Shown piece after piece: positions 50,254-63,200 of a DNA stretch of 64,000 nucleotides (within the stretch, counting starts at the first letter, position 1; every line of letters begins with the position of its first letter). Under the pieces are notes generated by a model. It searched no databases. It had not been told where the DNA came from and saw nothing but the letters and a program-made list of their open reading frames with translations. The DNA comes from Azolla caroliniana (taxonomy: Eukaryota; Plantae; Polypodiophyta). The position numbers and the translations under genes are program-made. Location of the stretch: the NCBI GenBank assembly GCA_043228905.1, contig JBHGNT010000002.1, positions 14,880,001 through 14,944,000 of the forward strand. The letters are read 5' to 3'.

Positions 50254-52957
50254 TGTCGTGATGTTTTTGACACATAGTGTGAAACCACCCTGAAAAGAGA
50301 ATAAAATAGTGGTCCAAATAAACTAATTTTCTTAAGTCAGCTGGAGTAATAAATGAAAGGATAAAAAGTTAGAAGAGGTTATCGAAAGTAGACAAAAATA
50401 GACAAAAAGATGGGAAAAGAAAAACTAGCCGTGGATATGAGGAGCAAGGTCGAGTAAAAAGCTCATAATTTCCTCGTAAAATGTCCAAATTAGAAATGAA
50501 AAGATGCATAAGAAAGCTAACCAAAAGAGATTTCCAAGATTATCTTGCATGTGAAATTTGAGGCTAGAAAACAGAAAAAGTGAGGAAAAGAAAAGTCGAC
50601 TCATATAGAGAAGGTTTTTTTTAGGGGGGAAAGGCAAGCAATCCTAAACCTATAAATAAGAGCCTATTCTAGTGAAGAAGGGGGGGGAGGGAGAAGGAAC
50701 GCAGAAGCTCTACTCAATTGGAAAGTGGAAGAAGAAGGATCAACAACATCGAGAGGCATCATCAACAAAGAAACTCCTTCTATACTCCACTCTCTTCTTT
50801 CCTCCACCTCTCTTCCCCCATTCCTTTATAAACAATCCTTCATATTCGCATCCAACCCATTCTAACATGATTCTCATATTATAAAAGAATCTATTATATT
50901 GATATAAACTAATGTTTTCTTTCATCTACTTGTCTTATGTGTAAATCTTGATTGTGTTTATTTGTTGTCATTTGTGCTTATTTGTTTGTGTGTCTTGCAA
51001 CAAGGGAGCGTTTCGGGCTTGCCCATGCACGTCTCCTTTCACAAAGGCATTCAAACTTACGTGTCTTGTGTGTTAGTGTAAATCTTGCTTGTGTGTTCGT
51101 GTGACTTGTGGCAAGGGAGCGTTCGGGCGTGCCCATGCACCTCTCCTTTCACAAAGGTGTTCGAAATCGTGTCTTGCGTGTTAGTGTAAATCTTGCTTGT
51201 GTGTTTGTGCGACTTGTGGCAAGGGAGCGTTCGGGCTTGCCCATGCACCTCTCCTTTCACAAAGGAGTTCGAAATTGTGTCTCCCGTGTGTAAACCTTGT
51301 TTATGTGTTCGTGCGACTTGTGGCTAGGGAGCGTTCGGGCTTGCCCATTCACCTCTCCTTTCACAAAGGAGTTCGAAATTGTGTCTCCCGTGTGTAAACC
51401 TTGTTTATGTGTTCGTGCGACTTGTGGCTAGGGAGTGTTCGGGCTTGCCCATGCACCTCTCCTTCCACAAAGTCGTTTGAAATTGTGTCTCCCGTGTGTA
51501 AACCTTGCTTGTGTGTTTGTGCGACTTGTGGCAAGGGAGCGTTCGGGCTTGCCCATGCACCTCTCCTTTCACAAAGGCGCGAAATTGTGTCTCCCGTGTG
51601 TAAACCTTTCTTGTGTGTTCGCGTTGTAGTAGTGTAATTCGTACACTACGTGAAAAATTACATTTTTGGTCTCTCTGGATAGGACATGGAGTACCCGGTG
51701 AGAACCGGAAGAAGGAACCGGTAAGGACCAAAACCGGCAAGGAGACCCGGCAAGAGCCGGATGAAGAAGGCCGGTGAGAGTCGGTGAGAAATGGACAAAG
51801 AGATCGGTAAGGAGGTCCCGGTAAGAACCGGACAAAGAAAACTATCAAGCACCGGATAAAGCAGAACCAGAAAGAGCCGGATGAAGAAGGCCGGTGAGAG
51901 TCTCTCACCGGATGAAGAGACGTATTTGTAAATAGAAGAAAGTATAAAAATATATATATTGCATGCATAGGGCAATATTCGAACCTTGCACCTCCATGTT
52001 AATAATGTTAAGCCTTATCATTATAGTAGGGTATTATGAATTTTAAAGTTATACTAAACTTTATTCCATGTAAAATTTCTATACATGCATGGTACAAAAG
52101 TTATTCATGCATAGACACTCAAGTTAGAAAGAAAAGATGAGATAGAATGCTAATCATGCACATGCAGTGTGCATGAAAACTAAAGATAGAAAAAGCGTGA
52201 TGCTTGCATGTGATAAACTTAGACTCTTCCAAGGGTTGATTAATATAAGATGTATAGAGGTTGTTGATTATTTTTACAAGGGTTGATTAATATAAGATAA
52301 TTGTGGGATTCACGAATTTGTTAACTATTCTTTCTCTCTTAATTTGATTACCCACTACTACACTATACTCGTGGGATTCACGAGTTTTTCATATCTTTCT
52401 TTCTTACAATATATTTTATATTCTTAATTGCCTTAGAATTTTCATTCCTCCTAGTCCAAAACCCTAGCGGTTCCCACCCGACTCACGCAACGATCCGGAG
52501 CCGTAAGGCACGACAGCGTGTCTTGTAACAAGGGAGCGTTCGGGGCTGCCCATGCACCTCTCTTTTCACAAAGGCATTCGAAACTTTGTCTCTCATGTGT
52601 GTAAGTAAGCCTTTTCCTTGTGTGTTCGTGTTTCTTGTAACAAGGGAGCATTCGAGCTTTGCCCATGCACCTCTCTTTTCACAAAGGAATTCGAAACTTT
52701 GTCTCTCATGTGTGTAAGTAAGCCTTTTCCTTGTGTATTTGGGTGTAAGCCTTACTCACGTGCATTCATTCACCTTGTGACTAGGGGTTGATTCGGGCTT
52801 GCGCATGCACCTCTGCTTCTCACAAACACGTTCGAATACTTGTGCCTTGTTTGTGTAAACCTTCCATGTGTTGTGCATGTGAGCCCTATGTCCTTCCCGT
52901 CCATAACCTTGGTGGTTCTGCCTCACGATCTGCACATAGTGACAGATTTTCACGACA
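50254..52957. mobile_element. Large solo LTR with ~110-bp tandem repeats
   Basis: 8-bp terminal inverted repeat TGTCGTGA...TCACGACA. 4-bp TSD atgc/acgc. Repeats at 50985-51620 and 52516-52860. Confidence 0.75.
51625..52515 (-). mobile_element. Solo LTR nested in the 50254 LTR
   Basis: tgtagtag...cacgaca, 4-bp TSD GCGT on both sides; homologous to 12265-12480. Confidence 0.8.
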
Positions 52958-53450
52958 ACGCTATGCGTGGATCTTCCCAATGAAGAAGACGAGTGAAGTG
53001 CTCTCCCACCTCCAGAAGCTCAAGGGCCAAGTTGAAAAAGAAACCAGTTAGCACATTTGATGCCTACTATCGGATGGAGGCATGGAGTACTTCTTCGACG
53101 AATTCATCTCCTACTTCCAAGGTGAAGGAATTCGGAGAGAATTCTCATGCCGACACAAACTCCAACAAAATGGAGTCGCTAAAAGGAAGAATCGGCACAT
53201 ACTTGAGTACATTAACTAACTCCATACGAGATCCTTGTCGGAAGGAAGCCAATCCTATCGCAGCTCAAGGTGTTCAGAAGCATTGCAAATGTACGCATCC
53301 CGAACGAAAACCAACAAAAGCCTGATGCGAAGTCAGAGAAATGTGTGCTCGTAAGATACTCGTCGGAGAAGAAGGCATACAAGTGCTATAACCCTTTAAC
53401 CCGAGCAGATCTGGTGAGTCGAGATGTAATCTTCCACGAATCAACATCAT

Positions 53451-56390
53451 TGTTGAGTAACAAGCTCAACATTGGGTGCGTAACATGGTGCATAACGTAG
53501 TGCGTAGACTAGGTGCGTAAAACAGTACGCATAACATGGCCATATTGGTGCGTAAACCGAAAGGCCGTTAGTATGGTATTCCTCGTATGGAATAATTTTG
53601 GGAGTTAGTGTAGTAGGCTCATTTATGAGCAGTCAAGTATTGTTAGTACTTGTGTCAGCCCGATAGTCAGGGCTTGTATAAAAGGTGCTCATTGAGCATG
53701 AAGTATGTACACACTGTCATTATTTTGAAATAGAACTGAGTTGTCTACTCTCTCTTTGTCTCTCCCTCTCCATTCCCATCTCTGCATTTTCTGTGTTTTA
53801 CCAAATTGTCGTTCTCCGAATTGTGTACTCTATGTTTCGCATATGCTTCCGCGCACATATTCTTTTACATGGTATCAGAGCGCGAGAGTTGAAGTCCTTT
53901 GCAACCGACAGAAAAGCTTGCGACAAAGACATAGTTGAGTTGTTATTCTTGGTTTTCGGAAAAGATAAGACAACAACATGGACAGGGGAATGGAAAGCTC
54001 ACTACCGACTGAGTAGCTTGACAGGAGAAACTACGCATCTTGGTCGTACAAGATGCACCAATTCCTGCTTGGTCATGGCTACTAGAGTTATGTCCAAGGA
54101 GCTAATGATACAACACCCGAATCGACACACACGGATTTTTCGGCTTGGGAACAAGCGGTAAGCAGAGTTCTCTACTGCTTTGCGTCCTCTGTGAGCGACC
54201 ATCTATTGAGCTATATTTGGGATGCCAAGCCGCCAAAGGACGCGTGGGCGAATCTAAAGAAGATTTTTGCCACTAGCACAATGGCCAGGAAGCTGCAGCT
54301 CAGATAAGAGCTCAGCAATGTCCGACAGAAAGCTCTGTCTGTGGTTGATTACACGACCCGACTCAAGGAAATCTGTGATTCTCTCGCCTCCGTCAATGTG
54401 AACGTTGAGGTAGATGAAATGGTGCAGGTTTGTCTTGATGGGCTAGCATCAAAGTTCGGAGCGTTCCGAATGACGGTCTATACAAGGGAGAATACGCCTT
54501 CGTTCTACGAGCTTTAGTCAATGTTGCTTGTGGAGGAAAACCACGCGGGTGCATCGACGAGTACGCACACCGATGGCAAGATGCTATACATGGAGGAAAA
54601 TAGGCCCCGTGGTCATGGTGGACGAGGCGGATCGGCGTGTAATGGAGGTGGCCAAAAAGACCAGAACGTACGGCATAATCGAAATGCCGGAAGCAATTCT
54701 GAACCCTCCGGAAGCAGGGGGAATCATAGTGGCGCCTGAAGCTAGCAAGATAAGAGCGCAACGGAATGATGGTACTGTGGGAAGAAAGTCCACAGGAACA
54801 ACGAGTGCTGGAAGAAACAAGCCGATTCAGACAAGGCCGGACCGAGCGGGAGAGACGTAGGAAGGCGTCAAAAGTCACACTACACTGAGGACTCCAAACG
54901 TTCGTAATGAAGCACAAGGCCAATTCGATGGCTGTGAACACCTCAAAATCAAGCGCGGTGTGGTATGTTGATTCTGGAGCATCAAATCATATGACGAGTC
55001 ACGAGGAATGGTTCTCATACTTGGAGAAACCGGAAAAACAAGTAGTGGTCGAAACCAGAGACGACACTCTGCATACCATCAGACATGTTGGTGAAGCTCC
55101 CCTCAGCCACATCGGGCAGAAAGGGAAGCTCATGAAAGTGTTGCATGTCCCAACAATAACCAAGAACCTTGTGTCGGTTGGACAAATCGTCGACCAAGGT
55201 ATGCAAGTTCAATTCATGCACCTCGACTGCTTCATAAAAGAGGAAGGCAAGATAATCGTGCACGGACGTTGTGAAGGCAGGATGTTTATCCTCGACACTA
55301 ATCAAGCCGGAACCTCGTTGTTCGCAAAAGGGAAGAAGGTCGAGTCGGACATCGACCTATGGCATAAGCGGTTCATCCATATTAACTTCCCGCGGCTTCG
55401 TGAAATGCAGACAAAGAACATTGTTTTCAACTCCCCGAAATTTCGGGGTTGGAATGGCGAAGTCTGCGAAGCCTGCAAGATGGAAAGCAACACCGAATTC
55501 TATTCCCCAACGAGCGAATGTGTGGGGACCATTGGATTTGATCCATTCGGATGTGTGGGGACCGACACAGAATGTGAGTCTCGGTGGAAGCCGTTACTTC
55601 GTAACCTTCATCGACAACTTCACTTGACACACGTGGGCATGCACAATCGTGAAGAACAGCGAAGTCTTCGCGTGTTTCCTGAAGGTCAAGAGCCTTGCAG
55701 AAAGGGAAACATGGCGTAAGATCAAATGCTTTTTTAAGATTTCCTAAAGTGTGCGGGAAAGAGTACTTCTCCGACCAATTCACAAATTATCTACAAAAGG
55801 AGGGAATCGACACGAATTATCGTGTAGATATACGCCGGAGTAGAACGGCGTAGCCGAGCAGAAGAATCGGACAATCGAAGAAGCGGCCAGGGCAATGCTT
55901 GAAGAGAAGCATATGCCGATATTTTATTGGGCCAAAGCCATGAGGATGGTTGTCTACTTGCAGAATCAGACTTCTGCTAATGGAGGAGTGTCGTCACATG
56001 AGTTGTATTTCAGAAAGAAGCCGAACTTGGCACACTTGAGGATTTTCGGCAGCATCGCGTATGTACACGTGTTGAAGGAGAAGAGGAGGAAACTGGATGC
56101 CAAAGCCGAGAAGTGTATCTTGGTCGTCTATTCAGACGAGCAGAAGGGGTATAAGTGTTATAACCCCCGAACAAAGGAAGTCCGCGTAAGTCGAGACCTC
56201 GTGTTCGACGAGTCCGCTTCATGGCACTTGCCCTCACCTCGAACACCTCTCCACTCCATTCTGAATTCTGAAGATGAGGTTAGCGAGGCCAAGATGCCTC
56301 TACGTGATGAAGAAATCAGAGCTCTGGAGGAGAGTCTGATCTCATTTTGGCTAAGTGAGCCAAATGAGGGGTTGGGCCAAGATGGCCAAC
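53451..56390 (+). mobile_element. Truncated copia of the 14202 family
   Basis: LTR 53451-53869, PBS tggtatcagagc at 53870, decayed gag/PR/INT similar to the 14668..19365 protein. Confidence 0.9.
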
Positions 56391-59300
56391 CTAGTACGAG
56401 TATGTATATTACAAGGGAAAGAATACAACCCCCGCTTCAAGCCGGACCAAGGTAGGGTAGATCACAACAGCCGTCTGTTGCCAAGACGCCGATCGGGGAG
56501 CTCTTGGGCTTGTGGCGCCGAGCAGGGCCTTGCAGAGGAGACCAAGCAGAAGCAAACCCTACTGAACATACAAGCTCTTCACCAGACTAAACCCTAAACA
56601 GACGCGAAGGAGAAGAAGAACGCTACCAAAGAGAAACCCTAAACGAAATAAGAGTATGAGAACCTGCCTAACCTTAAACTATCGGTATACCCTCTAACAC
56701 AAAATGGACAACCCCTCTACAAGGGACCATCCCTTCCTTTTATAGACCAAGGAGAGGGATGCGTTTCAATGTGGGATAAATCCCGATTTACATGGGATTC
56801 TCTGTCCCGACTTGACTCCCACTCAGCGCCATAAAGGCACCCCCATTATTCACATGTTTATACAAGGGTGAGTGCACATGATGCACTCCACCGATTCTCC
56901 CGATATTCTCTAATTCCTCCTAGGGATGGTTTTCTCCACGATGTCTGCCCCCACCTAACTGCACATCCACCGGTATGCGCCAAAATAGACTCTTGACGGA
57001 GAAGACCGGCCCACGCTTACCCTTCGTCCTCCGGATCCGCCATGTGCCATCTTCCACCCTTCATGTCCGGCACTGTCTGTACCGAACACTATCCCGTTCC
57101 CGTGCTTGCTTTGGTCCTCAATGGCCACACACACGTCTTTTGTTTCGTTTTCGGGTGTGCCCCTTTACGGCTTGGCACACCGCTCCTTAACCGGGTGTCC
57201 CCGGCAGCTCACTGGAAGATCACCCTTGCCACGTCCTGGCCCGTATCCGGTTCGTGGCCGCCTTTTCGCATCTGCCTTCGTCGTCCGATCACGTTTTCCT
57301 GCCGCCACCGTCCTTTCCTATAGGACTCACGTCAGCTCTCGGGCCGACCGCCGGATCGGTGTGAGGATCTCTGTGGGACCTCCCCCTTTGGCGCCTCGGT
57401 TGCCCGCCTTGCCGCCACCACCATTCTTCTCTCTAGGTCTTACGTCGGCTCTCGTTGTTGGCTACCGGAGTCTCGAGAATTGGTGTGTGTAAGGTCGTGG
57501 CTGCACCGCTTGCCGATTTCGCCGACTTCTACGTCGGTCACTTCTGCTGGTCACGTTCACCTGCCGCCACCGATCTCTCCTATAGGACTCATGCCGACAC
57601 TCGGGCCGACCGCCGGATCGGTGTGAGGATCTCTGCAAACCGCCCATCCTGCTGTCACGTTCACCTGCCGCCACCGATCTCTCCTATAGGACTCACACCG
57701 GATCGGTGTGAAGATCTTCGTGGGACCTCCCCTTCTACCTTCTCGGTTGCCCGCCTTGCCGCCGCCACTGTTCATTACTCTAGGTCACACGCCGGCTCTC
57801 GGGCCGACTGCCAGAGTGTCTAGAACCGGTGTGTGTAAGGTCACTGCAGGACCGCTTGCCGTCTTCCCGACCTCTGTGTCGGCCTCTTCGGCTGGTCATG
57901 TTCACCTGCCGCCACCGATCTCTCATATAGGACTCATGCCGGCAGTCGGGCCAACCGCCGTATCGGTGTGAGGATCTCCGTAGACCGCCCATCTGCACTC
58001 CTTTGCCTTCGTCCGCTCGCCGCCACCATCCGTCACTCTAGGTCTCACGCCGGCTCTCGGGCCGATCGCCGGAGTCTCTAGATCCGGTGTTAAGGATCCT
58101 CCTCGGGCTTGTCGTTTCTCTGACCCTTATCCCGGGCCTTCCATCTTCGCAAGTCGAGAGGGTGGCTCGCACCACACCCTCTCCCATGGTACCGACATAC
58201 CACGTTCCCGGGCTCTCTCTCTTCTTCCGGATTGGTTATCCGGAAGTCCGTTCCGCCCCGTTCTCATCCGGGTCCGCCTGTCATTCTCTGGATTGCCGGG
58301 TCCGGTTCTCCTGTCGCCACCGATCTCTCCTATAGGACTCACGCCGGCACTTGGGCCGACAACCGGATCGGTGTGAGGATCTCCGTAGGACCGGTCTTCG
58401 TTCTCCTCTTCATCCCTTGTACTTCTCCCAAACTCGTCTTCGTTGATCCCCTTTCTTGCGCTTCCCCACCATCTCCCTTTTCGGTCTCATGTTGCCATGT
58501 TGGCTTGAACTACCGAAGTCTCCGGTCCAGATGTGGGGACCAATTTCGTAGCGGTTCCCGACGACCCATCCGGGGCCACCGACCCTTTTAGTGGTGTCGG
58601 TGGATAGCATCCACTCTGTGATCAATCAAGCCTCGCCTGGGCTTGATTCTGCAATGTCTGGAGTTTCGGTTCCGATGTCGATCCTGCCGGACGCATTCCG
58701 AACCCTTGATCACCTCCCTTTCGATCCCCAACCTTCACTCGGTCGGTCTTTCTCCCTGTGTAAAAGAGGGTGGCTCGTTCCGCACCCTCTCCCATATCAG
58801 CACCCTCATGCCGATTCTGGCCCAGGTCAAACAATCCACAACCGGATCGCGCTCCACCCGAATCGGAGCACTGCACGGTTCGGCCCCCGATCGGGTCATT
58901 TCTTGTCTCCTCATCGACCTTCTCGTGGGCCATTTCCCATCCATCTTCGTTGGCATCGTGCCAGGACTCCTCGATACCGTCATCCATCTCCTCGGCTTCA
59001 CATGGGCGTAAGGGCCCGAATGTCGAGTTCTCCGGAATCGGTCCCGAGGGCTCTTGTTCGTTCCTTCCCCGTATCATCTCGCTGGTGATTCTCGGTCTCT
59101 CGCCGTCGCCTTCCTCCTCTTGGGACTCAAGTGGGCACTCGGGCCCGACTGCCATCGTCTCGGGAGCAAGTGTGGGAAGATGCGAAGAATCGCCCGTCCA
59201 TTTTTCGCCGTCGTTCGTAGCCACCGGCTCCTCGTGGTCGGTGGTTGTCTTCTTACCGATCGCGCAAACCCCGCCTAGGCTTGCTTCTCCAATGTCTAGG

Positions 59301-60138
59301 GTTTCGGGCTGGCGTGCCCGAAACCGCTGGTCCCAACGTTCCGATTCCTCGATCAGTATCTCGGCCTTGTCCTCGGCCGTTCTATCTCCGCAAGTCGAGA
59401 GGGCGTTTTGTTTCGCACCCTCTCCCGTGGTACCGTGGTATCGGTCTTCTGCCTTCTTGTGGGGCAAGTTAGTCTCCTCGGCCTCGGCTCGCGGCCTCGA
59501 TCTTTCCTCTTCCTCGAGCATCACCTCGAGAGCTGCGTACGCCTCCGCAATCCTGGCCCCGAAGCCGAGCCTTGCCGACTCTCTTTGCTGTTCGGCCTCT
59601 TCCCGGTGTGATGGCACACCGTTGCGCGCCTTCCCCTTAGTCTTCTCGGCTCGCTCGTCATCTAGTCGTTGGCATACCCTTCTAACCTTTGACTAGTCCT
59701 CGGTGAGGCCATTTGCTCCGTCCTCGTCTTCGAGCTCAATCTCGATGACCTCCTGTTCCGCTTGGTCGATCGACTTAACGAACAATAGGACTTTGTCCGC
59801 CCCCACCAAACCTTGTTCCCGCTCCGGGAGTTAACCAAGTCGTAGCTCGAACTCTCGAAATGCCTTCGTTGCGCCTCGATGGGTGTTTGCCAATGCTACC
59901 CACTGGTCGAAGCCGCGTCGTCCCCGGCTCTTCCGCCGTCCCCCATATGCCTGCAGGAGTGCCTCTTCAAAGGCCTCCCACGAACTATGAGCTTTTCGGA
60001 GCTCCTTCACTTCCGCGTGCATACGGACGACGACGACCGGACAGAAGAACTCCAACCTCAATACCTCGGCTACGTCTCGCACCTCCATTTCCGTGTTGTA
60101 GGCTTCCAAGTAAAATGGGACTTTGTCCCCATTGAAAC
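56390..60138 (-). mobile_element. GC-rich gypsy (Tat/Athila-like) remnant: LTR ~56390-56943, repeat-rich 3' region, gag-like ORFs, no pol
   Basis: gag-like FYLEAY...SWEAFEEALLQAY (59831-60138), acidic ORF 58622-59617, PPT-like tctgcccccacc at ~56945, repeated cctgccgccaccgatctctcctataggactc units at 57290-58390. Confidence 0.55.
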
Positions 60139-60184
60139 TGTAAAGAATCAAGAGATGGATTCTTGTGAAGTGGAATAGGTGTGA

Positions 60185-60228
<44 letters not shown>

Positions 60229-63200
60229 AGATAGAGATAGAGAGAGAGACACACACACGCACACACACAGAGTATACGCAAGGTTGAGTATATTAACAAA
60301 GGAGAAAGACACACCATTATACAAGGTGGGAGGAGGGTGCTTTATGTAGTCACCCTCTCTCTTCATTAACTACAAGCCTCACGGAGCATGGGGAATGTGA
60401 AAGCTCATAAGTTATGTGTCATAAAATATGATTCTATGACTCATACTAAATGCTAGAATACAAAGTGGTGACATAATGGTGACTCTTGACCGTTGGAGTG
60501 TCTCTTCACTCTCAAGGTGAGTTCACACACTAGACCAAGTTGAGCTTGATTCTCAACACTCAAGTCGGGTCGGTTTCAGATGGTATCCGAAATCTGCTTC
60601 AACTCGCGTTCCGGAGTCCGCGTGGTTGCGGAATCCACACGTTATTGCATAGTGTCTTTAGTAATCCCCCTCAAGCTTGGCAAGTCAGGGATCGTCAATC
60701 TGAGATCGGTCATGAATTGCCATAGCTTGTCGGCTCCTAAGGCTTTGGTGAAGATGTCGGCCGTTTGAAGATTGGTGCTAATGTGTTGTAGGTCGACATT
60801 GCTAGCCAGAACACGCTCTCGGATGAAGTGATAGTGCACTTTGATGTGCTTTGTCCGCGCGTGGAACACCGGGTTTAGAGGGAGTTGTCCGATTTTGACA
60901 TACGGAAGCCGATTTGATGAGGATATTGCGTTATCTTCGAATGCCAAGCACGCAGTGCTTGCTTAAGGCCGTAGAGTGGCTTCTTCAGTCGACAAACAGC
61001 TTTCGGATGGGTGCTCGAGTTGAAGCCGGGTGGTTGGATCATGTACACCTCTTCTAATTCACCTTGTAGAAAGGCGTTCTTGACGTCCATTTGATGGAGG
61101 TGCCACCCTTTCGCCGCGACAATCGCTATTACGGTCTGCACCGTCGTCATCTTTGCCACCAGGGCAAAGGTCTCTTTGTAGTCGACGCCATGCATCTGAG
61201 CGTATCCTTTCGCTACGAGTCGAGCTTTGTAGCGGTTTACGGAGCCATCAACGTTATACTTCACCTTGTAGATCCATCTACATCTGATCGCCTTTTTGTG
61301 TGGTGAGGTGGGAACAAGATCCCACGTCTTGTTCTTCTGTAGTGCCTTCATCTCCTCGTTCATTGCTTCGATCCATTGCGGGTCCTTCGTGGCTTCCGAA
61401 AAGGTTTCCGGCTCCCGTATTGTCGCTACCTTCATCATAAAGGTGTAATGGTACACCATATACTCGCTGTAGCCGAATCAGCTTACGGGGTTCTTTTCAC
61501 GAGTGGATCGGCGGAGCTCTTCATTTGCAGAGATGAGGGCTTTCTTTGCTCCGATTGGTACATCGAAGCCGCCGAACTCACTGTCGAGTGAGTGAGTCGA
61601 TTCATCGTCGTCGAAGCGATCGTCTTCATATTTCGCCATTTTCGCCTTGCCTTTGTCCATCTTCGGGCGAGGCCGTGATGTGCTTTGATCGCTCAAAGGC
61701 TCTTGTGGTCCGCTCAGTCGGGTCGTGATCGGACTTTCTTCGATCATGCGCATAGGGCGATCTTCATCCTCGATCTCTTGTTCGGCAAATTCCGGGTCGA
61801 GCGGAGGCGAAGTTGTCTCTGGTGCGTACTAGGATGCGGACTCGTCAAAAATGATGTCTCGACTTACTCGATATTTTCGAGTTGAGGGGTTGTAGCACTT
61901 GTACCCCTTTTGCTCCAGTGAGTATCCTACGAGGATACATTTCTCCGACTTCGGGTCAAGCTTTTGACGCTTCTCATTGGGGATGTGCACGTACGCTATT
62001 GCGCCGAATATTTGGATGTGCGATAAATTCGGCTTCCTTCCGAAGTATTTTTCGTGCGGGGTGACATCATGCACGCCAGATGTTGTGCACTGGTACATTA
62101 GGTAGGTGGCCGTATTTGCAACTTCGGCCCAATATGACTTGGGGATATGCTTCTCGTTCATCATGGCCCGCTCTACTTTAAGGATGTGCCGATTTTTGCA
62201 CTCGACTACTCCGTTTTGTTGCGGAGTGTGTTGGCAAGTGAATTCTCGCCGAATTCCTTCCTTTCGGAGGTACGCCGTGAAATCATCTGAGAAGTACTCC
62301 TTGCCGCCATCCGATCGAAGGCATCGTACATGTCGGCCCGTGGCTTTCTCGACTTCATTCTTGAAATTTTGGAAGTGTCCGAACACTTCGTTCTTTTGCC
62401 GCATCAGGTAGATCCAAGTGTGCCTAGAGAAGTCGTCGATGAAGAGCATGTAATATCGGCATCCGCCGAATGTAGCCATCTGCGTCGGTCCCCATACGTC
62501 GGAATGGACTACGTCGAGTAGACCTTTGCTCACGTTCCGCTCTTTCGAGAATGGGTGTCGGTGTTGCTTGCCGAATTGGCACGCTTCGCATACACCTTCA
62601 ATCTCCTTTTCTTTGAATGTCGGGAGTCTGATGACGACTCCTTTCGATTTCATTGCTTTGAGTTTGTTGAGATTGATGTGGCCGATTCGCTTGTGCCACA
62701 ACTCTATGTCGGAGTCGGCTTTCATGCCCTTTGAGAACATGGCCGATTTCATCTCGTGTGGGTCGAGAATGAACATTCGGCCCTCTCTTCATCCGCGTGC
62801 GATGAGTTGGCCCTCTTTTTCGATGAAGCAACCACCTTGATTAAATCGAACTTGCATCCCTTGCTCTACAATTTGGCCGACGGAGACCAAATTCTTCGGA
62901 ATGGTCGGTACATGCAAGACATTTTTAATGTAATTTTGCTTACCTTCTTTTCCAAACGGAACATTGCCGATGTGCCGAATCGGGTGCGTAGTGTCATCTC
63001 CAGTTTTGACATAACCGGGTCGCTCCGGCTCTCGAAGTTCTTGGAACCATTCTTGATGCGATGTCATATGGTTCGAGGCACCGGAATCGACGAACCATAC
63101 GTCTTCCGGACCAGAGGCACTAGTTGAGTTAGCGGCCGACATAGAGTTTGCTCTATGTTTCATCATGAACATTCTGCCACAGTCGAAGTTGTGTGCATAC

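Larger units (their letters stand above)
43534..53450 (+). mobile_element. Degenerate Ty1/copia element (5' LTR 43534-43989) hosting nested insertions
   Basis: PBS tggtactagagc at 43990. gag starts 44160 and resumes at 48806. PR/INT at 49600-50250 and 52960-53450. Confidence 0.85.

Noticed and set aside
58591-59696. Long plus-strand ORFs (up to 308 aa)
   Set aside because: Ser-rich antisense shadows of a GC-rich minus-strand ORF, with no domain motifs.
60139-60558. Independent solo LTR
   Set aside because: The flanks (GAAAC/CTCAA) do not match; better read as the 3' LTR of the adjacent copia with an eroded PPT.
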